55,733 bases of DNA from an uncultured Candidatus Saccharibacteria bacterium (GCA_964420205.1 CAYQSO010000003.1:22828-78560), one strand, 5' to 3'. Shown: positions 6,989 through 15,895, counted from the first letter of the stretch. Numbers and translations are program-made. Notes: generated by a model from the letters alone, not told the origin.

Positions 6989-7549
6989 ATGAGTGTAGAT
7001 TACGTTGCACAATGTTATGCTGAATTACTTTTAAGTACTTTAAAAAAGCATAGAGAGGATATAAAAAAGATAGAAACAGAATATAACATTTCTATAGATA
7101 ATATATTAGAATTTATTAATAATAATACAGCTTATCTATATAATGAATATTTTTTACATCATTCTGATATAGAAAAATATTTTCAAATAAAATCTCTTAT
7201 TGAGAGTAGACATATTAAACCTACTGAAGGCGATATTGTTCATGTAATATGTAACAGTGGGAAAGAATATATTAAAGCACACTTAGAAGAGAATTCTATT
7301 TACTATAAAGATACCCCTTTTGTTATATGTACTGAACCCTATGTTCCTTTTATAGATACAGATGGACAATGTTGTACTAGTGGTGGGTATTGGATAGGAA
7401 TAGATTCTACTGAACAGTTTCAATTTATATCTAAACAAGAAAAAGTTTTTCATACTTTCGGATGGCAAGGTCCTAGAGCTAATGGAGCGTTTAAAATTGT
7501 AGCTACTGTTAATAAATGGGAGTACTCAGGAGATGAGAGATTCTATTAA
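6989..7549 (+). CDS. Hypothetical protein
   Basis: 186 aa; agggg SD upstream. Confidence 0.7.
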   Translation: MSVDYVAQCYAELLLSTLKKHREDIKKIETEYNISIDNILEFINNNTAYLYNEYFLHHSDIEKYFQIKSLIESRHIKPTEGDIVHVICNSGKEYIKAHLEENSIYYKDTPFVICTEPYVPFIDTDGQCCTSGGYWIGIDSTEQFQFISKQEKVFHTFGWQGPRANGAFKIVATVNKWEYSGDERFY

Positions 7550-7569
7550 GAGAGGGGAGTAATATATAA

Positions 7570-7716
7570 ATGAATAAGAAACCTTTAGAAGAATTAACTT
7601 TATCACACTTAGTTAATATTAGAAATAAACAAAAGAAAAAAGGAGTAGACACTACGTTTGTTGAGAAGATAATTAATAAACGTTTGTCCACACCCTATTT
7701 TTATAAAAGTAAGTAA
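7570..7716 (+). CDS. Small basic hypothetical protein (48 aa)
   Basis: Below track cutoff; fills the gap between flanking genes; ggggag upstream. Confidence 0.45.
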   Translation: MNKKPLEELTLSHLVNIRNKQKKKGVDTTFVEKIINKRLSTPYFYKSK

Positions 7717-7754
7717 ATAAATAAAATAGTAATTTTATAGGAGTGAGTAATATT

Positions 7755-8078
7755 ATGTTAATTATTATTGAAAAGGAAGATTTTACTTTACAAAATACAG
7801 TGGAAACTATAGAAAGGTCAGGTTCACAACCTACTTGTGAATGTTGTGAGCAGTTAATTAAAGATGTTTTCTTTTATAGAAGTGACATTCCCTCAGAAAA
7901 ATTTTATTATAAGAACAAGTGGTGGTGTGAAGAATGTTATAATTCTTATTTTAATATTAATTCTGATACAATAAATATGGATAATAGGATTAAGGAAAAT
8001 AAACTTAATCTTGTTATTGATTTAGAGTTATTGCTAAATAAACCCTTTAATACTAAAAATAAAAAATTAATTTTATAG
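7755..8078 (+). CDS. Hypothetical Cys-rich (CxxC...CxxC) protein
   Basis: Track ORF 7743..8078 (GTG start). ATG 7755 is better spaced from aggag. Contains CECCEQ ... CEEC. Confidence 0.65.
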   Translation: MLIIIEKEDFTLQNTVETIERSGSQPTCECCEQLIKDVFFYRSDIPSEKFYYKNKWWCEECYNSYFNINSDTINMDNRIKENKLNLVIDLELLLNKPFNTKNKKLIL

Positions 8079-8197
8079 GAGAAATGTTGTGGAAGAAATA
8101 GCAAAACAGATAGAGTGGACTCAATGGTATTTATTTTGGATTAGTATATGGTTATTTTTAATTTTTCTAAAAGAAAAAAATTAGAGGAGGAAGTGTA

Positions 8198-8767
8198 ATG
8201 TCAATCATATCTAAACAAGATAAGGATTTTATAAAACAAATGGTTAGAAATCAAAAATACTTGGAAGGGTTTGAATCTTATGAAGATATGCAGAGATTTA
8301 TTAACTTGATGGTATCCTATATAAAAAATAATTATAATACTAAATCATGGGGTTCTATTCATTCTTTAATACAGGATTGTGGAACAACTTTTAATAAGGA
8401 TGAAGATGGTAATTATGATATTCATTGCGTAACAGATAAAGAAAAATTTCTCAAATATTGTGTAAGATATTTCCTTAATAAATCAATAGGATTAAGAAAT
8501 ACAGTTAAAATTTTATTTAGTTCAGGGAAAGTTAAGACTTTCACATTACCCACTCACTATTATATGATTTTTCAAGACCCTTCACAGGGGTCAGACACAG
8601 TGTCTAAAAGAATTAAGTATGGGACCTGTTATGAAATACGTGAAATATATTATGCTCGTAATGCGTACGGATATGTTGAAGGTTTTGTTATTAATTGGAT
8701 ACCTTATATACCTTTAGATTATCCTATACCACAGCAACCACCTTATGCACCTTGTTGGATGAATTAA
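8198..8767 (+). CDS. Hypothetical protein
   Basis: 189 aa; gaggagg SD upstream. Confidence 0.75.
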   Translation: MSIISKQDKDFIKQMVRNQKYLEGFESYEDMQRFINLMVSYIKNNYNTKSWGSIHSLIQDCGTTFNKDEDGNYDIHCVTDKEKFLKYCVRYFLNKSIGLRNTVKILFSSGKVKTFTLPTHYYMIFQDPSQGSDTVSKRIKYGTCYEIREIYYARNAYGYVEGFVINWIPYIPLDYPIPQQPPYAPCWMN

Positions 8768-8781
8768 GAGAAAGAATTATA

Positions 8782-8991
8782 ATGGAAAAATTTATAATTA
8801 AAACTACTTTAAGAGATATGTTTCAAATATCTTTAGATTTATATAATTGTCCTAATTGTAATGTAAACTTTCCTAATAATATTAGAGGTAGTAAATGGAT
8901 TACAGAAGAGTTTATTAGGTTTACTTGTAATAATTGTGGACATTATATTTATTTTACGTCTGTTAATTGTGTGAAAGAAGATTTAATATAA
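8782..8991 (+). CDS. Small zinc-ribbon protein
   Basis: Track ORF 8695..8991 trimmed to ATG 8782, just after the upstream stop; CPNC ... CNNC. Confidence 0.6.
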   Translation: MEKFIIKTTLRDMFQISLDLYNCPNCNVNFPNNIRGSKWITEEFIRFTCNNCGHYIYFTSVNCVKEDLI

Positions 8992-9087
8992 TTATAAAGA
9001 GAGATATCACGTTGGTAAATAACATAGAAGAGTTTATTGATGACAATGATTTCTTCTATAGAAAAAATAGAATGGAGAGAATGAATT

Positions 9088-9237
9088 ATGATTACGGTAG
9101 AATTTTATAATAAAATGGAAGAAAAGAATCTAAGTGCGGAAACTTATTTAAATTTATTATGCGATTATTTTGACTCAGCAGTGCTTGAAGAGTTCTTCGA
9201 ATTTGTAGAAGAACAAGAAGAGGAAGGGGCATTTTAA
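9088..9237 (+). CDS. Small acidic hypothetical protein (49 aa)
   Basis: Below track cutoff; ggagag SD upstream; ends 3 nt before the next ATG. Confidence 0.5.
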   Translation: MITVEFYNKMEEKNLSAETYLNLLCDYFDSAVLEEFFEFVEEQEEEGAF

Positions 9238-9239
9238 TT

Positions 9240-9878
9240 ATGACGAATCTAGCGTATAATTTCGCAGGTAATTTTGCATCAAACAATACAGAAAAAATTA
9301 ATAGAGAAGATTTTTATGAGATAGAATACGGTGGTGTAGAGGATATTTTATTCTTTTCTAAAAAGAAATACCAATTTCCTGAACCAGTAAACAATAAACC
9401 ATTTTTCTACACGTATTGTGTAATGGTTACAAATATGTACGAAATTACTAGTGCTGAAGATTATAAAGATGAGCCGTATTTTATAGAAGTATTAATGATC
9501 CCGTTGTTTAAATCTCTTCACTCTTCTAAACAGAAAGAGATAATTGAACATTTTAACTTAGATGATGAGGAATATAAGGAATTCTTAGAAGAATATAAAA
9601 ATAGTTCGATAGCTTATCTATCTGACGTAGCAACTTACCAGTATGCTGTAAGAGTTGCAAAAGAAGAAGCAGTATCGGAGAAAGACTTAGACTTTAAAAT
9701 AGACAGTGCTTTATTCTTTTTAGATATGTGGGATAGGATGTCAGGATTTTATTTAGATAGGTCTTGGAATATGATTGGTACTACTGGATGGGATAGTATC
9801 AAGTCTTTTACATCTGATAAGACAGACGTTGATTACACAATGAAAAGATATGAAACAAGTAAAAAGAGGAATAATTAA
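9240..9878 (+). CDS. Hypothetical protein
   Basis: 212 aa; tightly packed, same strand. Confidence 0.75.
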   Translation: MTNLAYNFAGNFASNNTEKINREDFYEIEYGGVEDILFFSKKKYQFPEPVNNKPFFYTYCVMVTNMYEITSAEDYKDEPYFIEVLMIPLFKSLHSSKQKEIIEHFNLDDEEYKEFLEEYKNSSIAYLSDVATYQYAVRVAKEEAVSEKDLDFKIDSALFFLDMWDRMSGFYLDRSWNMIGTTGWDSIKSFTSDKTDVDYTMKRYETSKKRNN

Positions 9879-10074
9879 TGTGCTATGTAAGATGCAATAA
9901 TTGTTATAAAGTTTATTGTGAAGAAGGTTACGATATGGAACTTTTTTCAGAAGGGAAGGAACCAATAAAGAATGGTTCAAAGGATGTTCGACCTGTAAGA
10001 CAGATGAATATTTAATTGATATAACAGAAGAAGAATTTTTTGAAGCATTAAATGATAAATACAATCGAGATTAA
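9878..10074 (+). pseudogene. Split zinc-ribbon ORF (two frames joined only by a -1 shift in a T6 run)
   Basis: Frame 0 is MCYVRCNNCYKVYCEEGYDMELF.. (stop at 10013). The -1 frame continues ..EWFKGCSTCKTDEYLIDITEEEFFEALNDKYNRD to 10074. The T6 run is at 9942-9947. CNNC and CSTC form a ribbon only in the fused product. Confidence 0.45.
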
Positions 10075-10089
10075 AAGAGGAAAATAACT

Positions 10090-10314
10090 ATGTCAAAAAA
10101 TAAAATAATATTACAACAGAAGGTAACAGAAGTTTATAAAGATAAACCGGATAAAATAATTGCTTTAGTGTATTGGTATAATGATGATGTAGGATTCAAA
10201 GAATTTTCTACACATTGTATTTATCCTAATAGTGCACACCCTGAAGCACTTAATCATGGTAATTATTATAAAGATATAGTACAAGCGATAGATGACTATA
10301 AAGAACGGAGATAA
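10090..10314 (+). CDS. Hypothetical protein
   Basis: 74 aa; agagga SD upstream. Confidence 0.7.
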   Translation: MSKNKIILQQKVTEVYKDKPDKIIALVYWYNDDVGFKEFSTHCIYPNSAHPEALNHGNYYKDIVQAIDDYKERR

Positions 10315-10320
10315 GAATTC

Positions 10321-10731
10321 ATGAAAACAAGTAAAGAAAACCTTAAACAAATAGAAAATGATTTAAATAAAACAATAGACATTGTAAGTTCAACTCGTAT
10401 GAATGATTTAGTTATTTGTGATAGAGTAGGTTCTTATATCAGGTCAAATTTAATTAAGGCAGAAGAGATTTTATTAGATACAATAGATGAATTACAGAAA
10501 ATAAATAAGATGCAGTTCTGTATTATTATTAATTCTACGAGTAGAATAATTTCTTTTATGGAACTTGATTCTATCTTATATATAGATAAGGTAGGAGAAG
10601 AATGTTTCTTACCCAAAGAAGAGTTAAGAATTCTCGTAATAGGACAAAGTTACTTAGTACAGGAATTCACTATGGATAAGAAAGGTGATTTTGTAAAGGT
10701 TACAAGGGTTTGTGATAAAACAGTTGATTAA
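10321..10731 (+). CDS. Hypothetical protein
   Basis: 136 aa; ggag SD upstream. Confidence 0.7.
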   Translation: MKTSKENLKQIENDLNKTIDIVSSTRMNDLVICDRVGSYIRSNLIKAEEILLDTIDELQKINKMQFCIIINSTSRIISFMELDSILYIDKVGEECFLPKEELRILVIGQSYLVQEFTMDKKGDFVKVTRVCDKTVD

Positions 10732-10900
10732 AAATAAATCTATAGATACATACGATGAGACTTTGTGAGATGCAAAGCTTAAAGCAATAGATGAGTTTAA
10801 ATGTAAGAGTAGGAAGAGTGAGCGAGACGTACATGTGCATTTATGTGAAATTGATGTACATGTAGATGAATCTGGTGAACTTAAGGGTAAACAGTATGTA

Positions 10901-10981
10901 CACTTCCTAGACTTCTAGGAAGTGGGAGGTGGTTGGCTGGCTGGGACGCACTGGCTGGCTAGTCTTCGGTACTTTTTTTAG
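10901..10981 (+). other. 9-bp hairpin plus G-rich GC island, copy A
   Basis: cacttccta/taggaagtg hairpin, then agtgggaggtggttggctggctgggacgcactggctggct. Shares the 13-mer agtgggaggtggt and the cactgg...gct pattern with 21021-21082. Confidence 0.7.
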
Positions 10982-10985
10982 TAGT

Positions 10986-11020
10986 AAAAAATTCTTAAAA
11001 TTTCTGAAATTTTAGAAAGA
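10986..11020 (+). promoter_or_regulatory. Conserved 35-bp leader motif, copy 1
   Basis: aaaaaattcttaaaatttctgaaattttagaaaga; ends 9 nt before ATG 11030. Confidence 0.7.
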
Positions 11021-11029
11021 AGTATTCTT

Positions 11030-11365
11030 ATGAAGTATAGAAAACTTAAAAAGTTATTGAAAAATAACCATCAATTATTACTAGGCACACCCGATATTGA
11101 AGGAAATACTTCAATATATTATGAACACAATTATCCTACAGACTGTGATGGATATTCTCTCGAAGCTGATATTCCCATAGATAGAGCGAAGTTTATATAC
11201 ATAGCTTCTGGAGTAGATTGTGATAATGCGGGAAGACCATACGCACATTACTACAGAGAAACAAACAAAGAAGTTAAACAAACAATAAATATATACAAAC
11301 CTAAATTAAGTATATTTAATGGGAATAAAAAGAAATTTGTTAAGAATTATAAGGAGAAATGGTAA
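11030..11365 (+). CDS. Hypothetical protein
   Basis: 111 aa; first gene after motif copy 1. Confidence 0.7.
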   Translation: MKYRKLKKLLKNNHQLLLGTPDIEGNTSIYYEHNYPTDCDGYSLEADIPIDRAKFIYIASGVDCDNAGRPYAHYYRETNKEVKQTINIYKPKLSIFNGNKKKFVKNYKEKW

Positions 11366-11583
11366 TAGAAATGAATAACATAAAAATTTTTGACCCTAAC
11401 TCTGAAAGATATTATACAATAGATGAAATACGTGATCTTTATGTAGACGAGTATTTAGCGGGGGCACTAGACCAAATAGACGTGGAGAATGATCCTAATT
11501 GGGATAGTGATTTCTCCGACAGTGATGCACTTACGTGGTTTGAATCTTCGTACGGAGAATATGTTGTAATAAGGGAGAAATAA
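11359..11583 (+). CDS. Hypothetical acidic protein
   Basis: 74 aa; start ambiguous (ATG 11359 or ATG 11371). Confidence 0.65.
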   Translation: MVIEMNNIKIFDPNSERYYTIDEIRDLYVDEYLAGALDQIDVENDPNWDSDFSDSDALTWFESSYGEYVVIREK

Positions 11584-11585
11584 TT

Positions 11586-11837
11586 ATGATGGTACAACAT
11601 GATAAACCAATCGAGATTTCTAAAATAAGAAATTACTTAGAGCACAAAATAAATAATTGGTATGCTAACACATTAATTGATTATGGTGTTTCTGGGAAGT
11701 TCAAAGGGCTGAAAACCTGTGGCGAACATCTTTGTATTGTGTATATTGAAGATGGGAAAGAAAAGGAAGTGGACATCGTATATTATAATGATTACACGCT
11801 CGAACAACTATATAATATTTGGATGGAAACAGAGTAA
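11586..11837 (+). CDS. Hypothetical protein
   Basis: 83 aa; gggag SD upstream. Confidence 0.7.
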   Translation: MMVQHDKPIEISKIRNYLEHKINNWYANTLIDYGVSGKFKGLKTCGEHLCIVYIEDGKEKEVDIVYYNDYTLEQLYNIWMETE

Positions 11838-11852
11838 AACAAGGAGAAAACT

Positions 11853-12524
11853 ATGAACGATACAAGAACAATACATGAAAAAGCATTAGGTAGATTTCTC
11901 GATGATAAAAATATACAAACTGGAGAAGACTTAGAAGGTAGTAGATTATTATTAGTAGAAACTTCAAAAGACTATGATCTTGTAGAAAAGCTTCATAGTC
12001 TAGCAATTAGCCTAACTTTTAAAGGGTGTAAACTTAACGAGTTTTTAGAATACTTTTATGTACTTGATCCAGATTGTATTCATTTCTCAGAAAGTTATTA
12101 TTATTGCGATGGGTGCAGTAAATATGCACGACATTATGAATATGAAGCGCAAGACCAGTATTATATAAATACAGATACTTGTGAAGTAGTTTGTAGAAAT
12201 TGTGTAAAAGATTATAAAGAAGAGTATATAGAATATTTACAAAAACACAAAAAACTCTGTACATTATTGTCAGAAGAAGAACTTATAGAACTCGATTATG
12301 TAATTTTAGAAGAATACAATTTTAATAATGATATGTACGGTGGAAGACAAGCAGATAAAGAAGAAATAGATAAAGTTTTTGATAAAGAAGACATAAAAAT
12401 TTTTTATTGGTTACATACTAGCCATATGTTTGGAATATGGTATACTATTATTGTACATAAAAATGATTTAGAGAAAGCAAAGCAACTTCTTGAGGAAAAG
12501 TTTTCAGATTTTAAAGAGGATTAA
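11853..12524 (+). CDS. Hypothetical Cys-cluster protein
   Basis: 223 aa; aaggag SD upstream; CDGC...CRNC cluster. Confidence 0.75.
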   Translation: MNDTRTIHEKALGRFLDDKNIQTGEDLEGSRLLLVETSKDYDLVEKLHSLAISLTFKGCKLNEFLEYFYVLDPDCIHFSESYYYCDGCSKYARHYEYEAQDQYYINTDTCEVVCRNCVKDYKEEYIEYLQKHKKLCTLLSEEELIELDYVILEEYNFNNDMYGGRQADKEEIDKVFDKEDIKIFYWLHTSHMFGIWYTIIVHKNDLEKAKQLLEEKFSDFKED

Positions 12525-12528
12525 AATA

Positions 12529-12735
12529 ATGAATTATACTGAAGAACATAATGATAATGAAAGGTTAGTAGTAAGAATTAATAAGGAATTTGATCTTCAT
12601 ATAGTAAAGACAGATGAAGGTTATGTGATAGACTGTTATACCTTAAATAAAGAAGGCAAACCTGTAGAGGATGATGTAGTAGCTACAACGTGGTTTTTCG
12701 ATAGTGATTTAGAATCAGAAGAAGACGGGGGTTAA
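12529..12735 (+). CDS. Hypothetical acidic protein
   Basis: Track ORF 12490..12735 trimmed to ATG 12529, after the upstream stop; agagga SD. Confidence 0.65.
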   Translation: MNYTEEHNDNERLVVRINKEFDLHIVKTDEGYVIDCYTLNKEGKPVEDDVVATTWFFDSDLESEEDGG

Positions 12736-12739
12736 AATA

Positions 12740-12949
12740 ATGAGTATAGTTGGATATATAATTATCCCAAGAGAAGACTCAGTATATATTCTTGAACAAC
12801 TTGGTTGGAAACATTTATTTTCTAATGATGAGTTAATAGAATTAGCTATTGAGAATCTTGAATCTGAAAAACAAGACATTAAAACAGTAGAGGAAGCCAT
12901 TAAAATTTTGAATGATAACGAGATGGCTGTGATTCTTATAAAAAGATGA
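12740..12949 (+). CDS. Hypothetical protein
   Basis: 69 aa; ggggg SD upstream. Confidence 0.65.
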   Translation: MSIVGYIIIPREDSVYILEQLGWKHLFSNDELIELAIENLESEKQDIKTVEEAIKILNDNEMAVILIKR

Positions 12950-12960
12950 GGACTAAGATA

Positions 12961-13347
12961 ATGAGTACATCTAAAAAAGCAATAGAAATTTTACAAAGAA
13001 CCAATGACGGCGATAACCTTTCACCATTACATCTCTCTTTAGTAGAAGGTGCTGTTAATAGGTTTCTTAATGAAAAAGGTTCAAAAGCTTTTGAAGAACT
13101 TCATAGCCAATGTATAAGTGAAGAAGGTTATAAACAACCGTACTTCCACGATGTAGAGCATATGACAATAGACCATACAGGGTACGTGTACTACAAAGGG
13201 AATAGAGTAGAACATTATGATTCACCATGGGCTTATTCAGAAGATGCTAAGGTAGCTTTAGTAGAGCTTAAAAGACGGTGTGAGATACTTGAATCGCAAC
13301 GTAAAGAAGTTAATACAACTAATGTTATATGGAAGTGGGAGGACTAG
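12961..13347 (+). CDS. Hypothetical protein
   Basis: Track ORF 12946..13347; ATG 12961 has gagg 8 nt upstream. Confidence 0.7.
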   Translation: MSTSKKAIEILQRTNDGDNLSPLHLSLVEGAVNRFLNEKGSKAFEELHSQCISEEGYKQPYFHDVEHMTIDHTGYVYYKGNRVEHYDSPWAYSEDAKVALVELKRRCEILESQRKEVNTTNVIWKWED

Positions 13348-13351
13348 ACTT

Positions 13352-13684
13352 ATGGAGAAAGAAACAAAAGAGTTATGCAATTATCTAGATAATTGCGAAA
13401 TAAAGTTTAATGCTCAAGACTTTAAACAATTATTCAATTATATGGATAATTGCAAGTACATGGGGCTTCCTATTACATTGGATCAGTATTGGTCAGAGGT
13501 ATTGAATGCTTACCACGACTCTTTGTATAAGAAAATAGAAGACCTTGAAAAAGAGTTAAGTGAAGTACAAACTTCTAATATTAAGCACAACCAGAAGATG
13601 ATAGCAGGAATGTTTGCTGTTGCTATAAAAGATACGGACCCTGAATCAGCGAAAGAAATTGCCAATAAAGTAGCAGAAGAATAG
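13352..13684 (+). CDS. Hypothetical protein
   Basis: Track ORF 13280..13684 trimmed to ATG 13352 (gggagga SD, follows the upstream stop). Confidence 0.7.
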   Translation: MEKETKELCNYLDNCEIKFNAQDFKQLFNYMDNCKYMGLPITLDQYWSEVLNAYHDSLYKKIEDLEKELSEVQTSNIKHNQKMIAGMFAVAIKDTDPESAKEIANKVAEE

Positions 13685-13734
13685 CAGAATTAAAGTGACA
13701 GGTTATGAATACGATAAATATTTAGGAGAATAAA

Positions 13735-14007
13735 ATGAAAATAAACGCAAACCAACTAGATGACGAGCTAACGGTTTTGCAAATAAGAGAAGCTGCTAAA
13801 GAAATACTTGAATCTCACCGAACGTTAAAAAAAGCCATTGAAGATTTAAACTTATATTTAAATGACAATGACATTAAAAATTGTAAAAAAGTTTTAAATC
13901 GTTTTAAATTTGACAAATACCAATCCTTGATAACACTTAATTACCATGAATTTTTAAAACGACTTAATGGTAGTGGGTTTGAGGCTATAATTCAAGCTAT
14001 AGATTAA
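13735..14007 (+). CDS. Hypothetical protein
   Basis: 90 aa; aggag SD upstream. Confidence 0.7.
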   Translation: MKINANQLDDELTVLQIREAAKEILESHRTLKKAIEDLNLYLNDNDIKNCKKVLNRFKFDKYQSLITLNYHEFLKRLNGSGFEAIIQAID

Positions 14008-14057
14008 AAGAGGAATAGGCGATGGAAAAGAAAAAATTTAAATAAAAGGGGTTGAAA

Positions 14058-14321
14058 ATGAACAATAAAGAGAATATAAAACAATTTTTTAAAGAAGCTT
14101 TTCATCCGCAAGATGCTTTGTTACAAGAGCTCACTGCACAAGAGCTTATTGATACAGTTATTTGTAATGAAGCGTGGCATGATATCCCTAGACTTGATAA
14201 AGTATTCGAAGAGCTTCTTCAGACGAGAATAAATGAAGCAAGAGAAATGTATAACCACAATAGAGATAAAATTGAGAAAGAATTAATTCAACAGTCGCCT
14301 CAATATTATAAAGGAGAATAA
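14058..14321 (+). CDS. Hypothetical protein
   Basis: Track ORF 14052 (TTG start); ATG 14058 preferred, aagggg upstream. Confidence 0.7.
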   Translation: MNNKENIKQFFKEAFHPQDALLQELTAQELIDTVICNEAWHDIPRLDKVFEELLQTRINEAREMYNHNRDKIEKELIQQSPQYYKGE

Positions 14322-14323
14322 TT

Positions 14324-14527
14324 ATGGAATTTAAAATAAATTTAACTAAAGAACAAGAGAAGGCTCTTTTAAAAGAGCTTCAAGATAGTAAATCAATATA
14401 TGAAAAACTTGATGATCTATTTTATGCTATAAGAACTACTTACGGTGTGGAATATATTTTTAAGTTAGTAGACAAACTAAATCAGATGCCTTTAAATAAA
14501 ATAAAAGAATTTATAGAAAAGGAGTAA
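14324..14527 (+). CDS. Hypothetical protein
   Basis: 67 aa; aaggag SD upstream. Confidence 0.7.
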   Translation: MEFKINLTKEQEKALLKELQDSKSIYEKLDDLFYAIRTTYGVEYIFKLVDKLNQMPLNKIKEFIEKE

Positions 14528-14531
14528 AACT

Positions 14532-14984
14532 ATGACAGCAGCAGAGAAAATAACATTTAATGGGATTAAAGATTACCTTAGACAGTTCTGTGGTACAGAA
14601 CAGTATTGGAAACGTTCAATATTTGGGAGAGAAACAGGGTTTGTATATACAGACGGAGTAAAAGCTTTTTGTGAGAAAGCAGAGGCTCAGTGGTTTATAG
14701 ATAATATGAATTCCTATATGTCAAAAATCAATAAAGTTAACGACGCTTTCTTTTCAGTATCTATACAAGTAAATGAAAAACAGGAGGCAATGTTATTGAT
14801 TACACATGAAGTATATTCCCAAATGGATAGAAAACCAGAAGATAGAATAGTTATAAGGCAGAAAATCCCATATACGGATTTACCTGTAACTGGAGAGGAT
14901 AAATATAAATTCTTTTTAGCCCTCTCTAATATAAGAGAAGATGGACTAAAAGAGTATTGTTTAATGGTGCCGTCAGAGTATTAG
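14532..14984 (+). CDS. Hypothetical protein, possibly DUF6876-like (plasmid/phage accessory family)
   Basis: 150 aa. FCGTEQYWKR...FVYTDGVKAFCEKAEAQWFIDN resembles, from memory, the GTExY..h...YTDGV....a.WL.D signature. Unverified. Confidence 0.7.
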   Translation: MTAAEKITFNGIKDYLRQFCGTEQYWKRSIFGRETGFVYTDGVKAFCEKAEAQWFIDNMNSYMSKINKVNDAFFSVSIQVNEKQEAMLLITHEVYSQMDRKPEDRIVIRQKIPYTDLPVTGEDKYKFFLALSNIREDGLKEYCLMVPSEY

Positions 14985-15000
14985 AAAGTGTAGGATACTA

Positions 15001-15156
15001 ATGATATATTGTGATAATTTTAAATGCGAGGTTAAACAATCTTGTAGAAGATATAGAAAAGATGCTAAGAAAGTAAAACATCTTGAATATAATGATTGGA
15101 TATACCACTCTTATGAAAAAGAAAAATGTAAGGAATTTTGGAGCAAAGAACAATGA
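15001..15156 (+). CDS. Small Cys-containing basic protein (51 aa)
   Basis: MIYCDNFKCEVKQSCRRYRKD...; below track cutoff; ATGA overlap with the next gene. Confidence 0.5.
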   Translation: MIYCDNFKCEVKQSCRRYRKDAKKVKHLEYNDWIYHSYEKEKCKEFWSKEQ

Positions 15157-15533
15157 GCTATGCAGTAGATTATTTAAAGTTCGTACAGATATATAAGTCC
15201 CCCCTTGGGGATTGTACTAATGGGGGCATATCCTCTACAAGAAAACATTTAATCCTATTTAATCCTTCTCTTTCTAAGGAGGAGGTTTTTAGTATAATAA
15301 AAGAAAAGAACTTTGATATAAATGATTGTGTACAGACAGTGTTATACAAAGATTATGTCAAAGCGGTTCCAATATCTCTACTGTATTCAGAAAGCCCTGT
15401 TTGGTATATGTATGGAGGAAATCACTTGTACTCCAGTGACAGTAGGTTTAAAGAAGTTACTGGAGGATGTAAACAACCGATTTTCTTACATGATAGAGTA
15501 GAGAAATATGAAGATCAGTTATCATATGATTAA
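15153..15533 (+). CDS. Hypothetical protein
   Basis: Track ORF 15138 (TTG start); ATG 15153 overlaps the upstream TGA. Confidence 0.7.
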   Translation: MSYAVDYLKFVQIYKSPLGDCTNGGISSTRKHLILFNPSLSKEEVFSIIKEKNFDINDCVQTVLYKDYVKAVPISLLYSESPVWYMYGGNHLYSSDSRFKEVTGGCKQPIFLHDRVEKYEDQLSYD

Positions 15534-15550
15534 AGAAGGAGAAATAAATT

Positions 15551-15895
15551 ATGGCAGCACATATTCAATGTAGGGCGTGTGGCTCAACTTTTGATAAGAA
15601 ATATGTAGAGGTGATTAATAAGGATGATTGTTTTTATAAAGGTACTTGTCCTGTATGTCAAGTAACAGGTGAAATGACAGATTTCATAAAATATGATTTA
15701 ATAGAACCCTATACCATACATGTTGTATGGTGTATAGATGATATAATAGAACAGGCAAGTTCTAGAGAAATTTATTTAGATAAAGCAGACGCAAAAGCAA
15801 TTTTAGAAAGAATAAAGGATAAACATGATTGTAATGTAGGAATAAATTGGGATGTTATAGATTATGTAACGGACTTACATTTAGACAAAGATTAA
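15551..15895 (+). CDS. Hypothetical protein with N-terminal zinc ribbon
   Basis: 114 aa; CRACGS...CPVC; aaggag SD upstream. Confidence 0.7.
   Translation: MAAHIQCRACGSTFDKKYVEVINKDDCFYKGTCPVCQVTGEMTDFIKYDLIEPYTIHVVWCIDDIIEQASSREIYLDKADAKAILERIKDKHDCNVGINWDVIDYVTDLHLDKD

Noticed and set aside
10738-10918. Protein-like frame interrupted by an in-frame TGA (..KSIDTYDETL*DAKLKAIDEFKCKS..YVHFLDF*), considered as evidence of TGA recoding or readthrough
   Set aside because: TGA terminates several well-formed genes here (for example 1776..2639 and 19712..20083). Trp is encoded by TGG throughout, and the downstream part has no start codon. It is most simply a decayed gene remnant.
10921-10975. tRNA or other small structured RNA in the GC-rich islands (also 21021-21075)
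   Set aside because: The islands are only about 55 nt and strongly G-biased on one strand, with almost no complementary C segments. No cloverleaf arms can be drawn.
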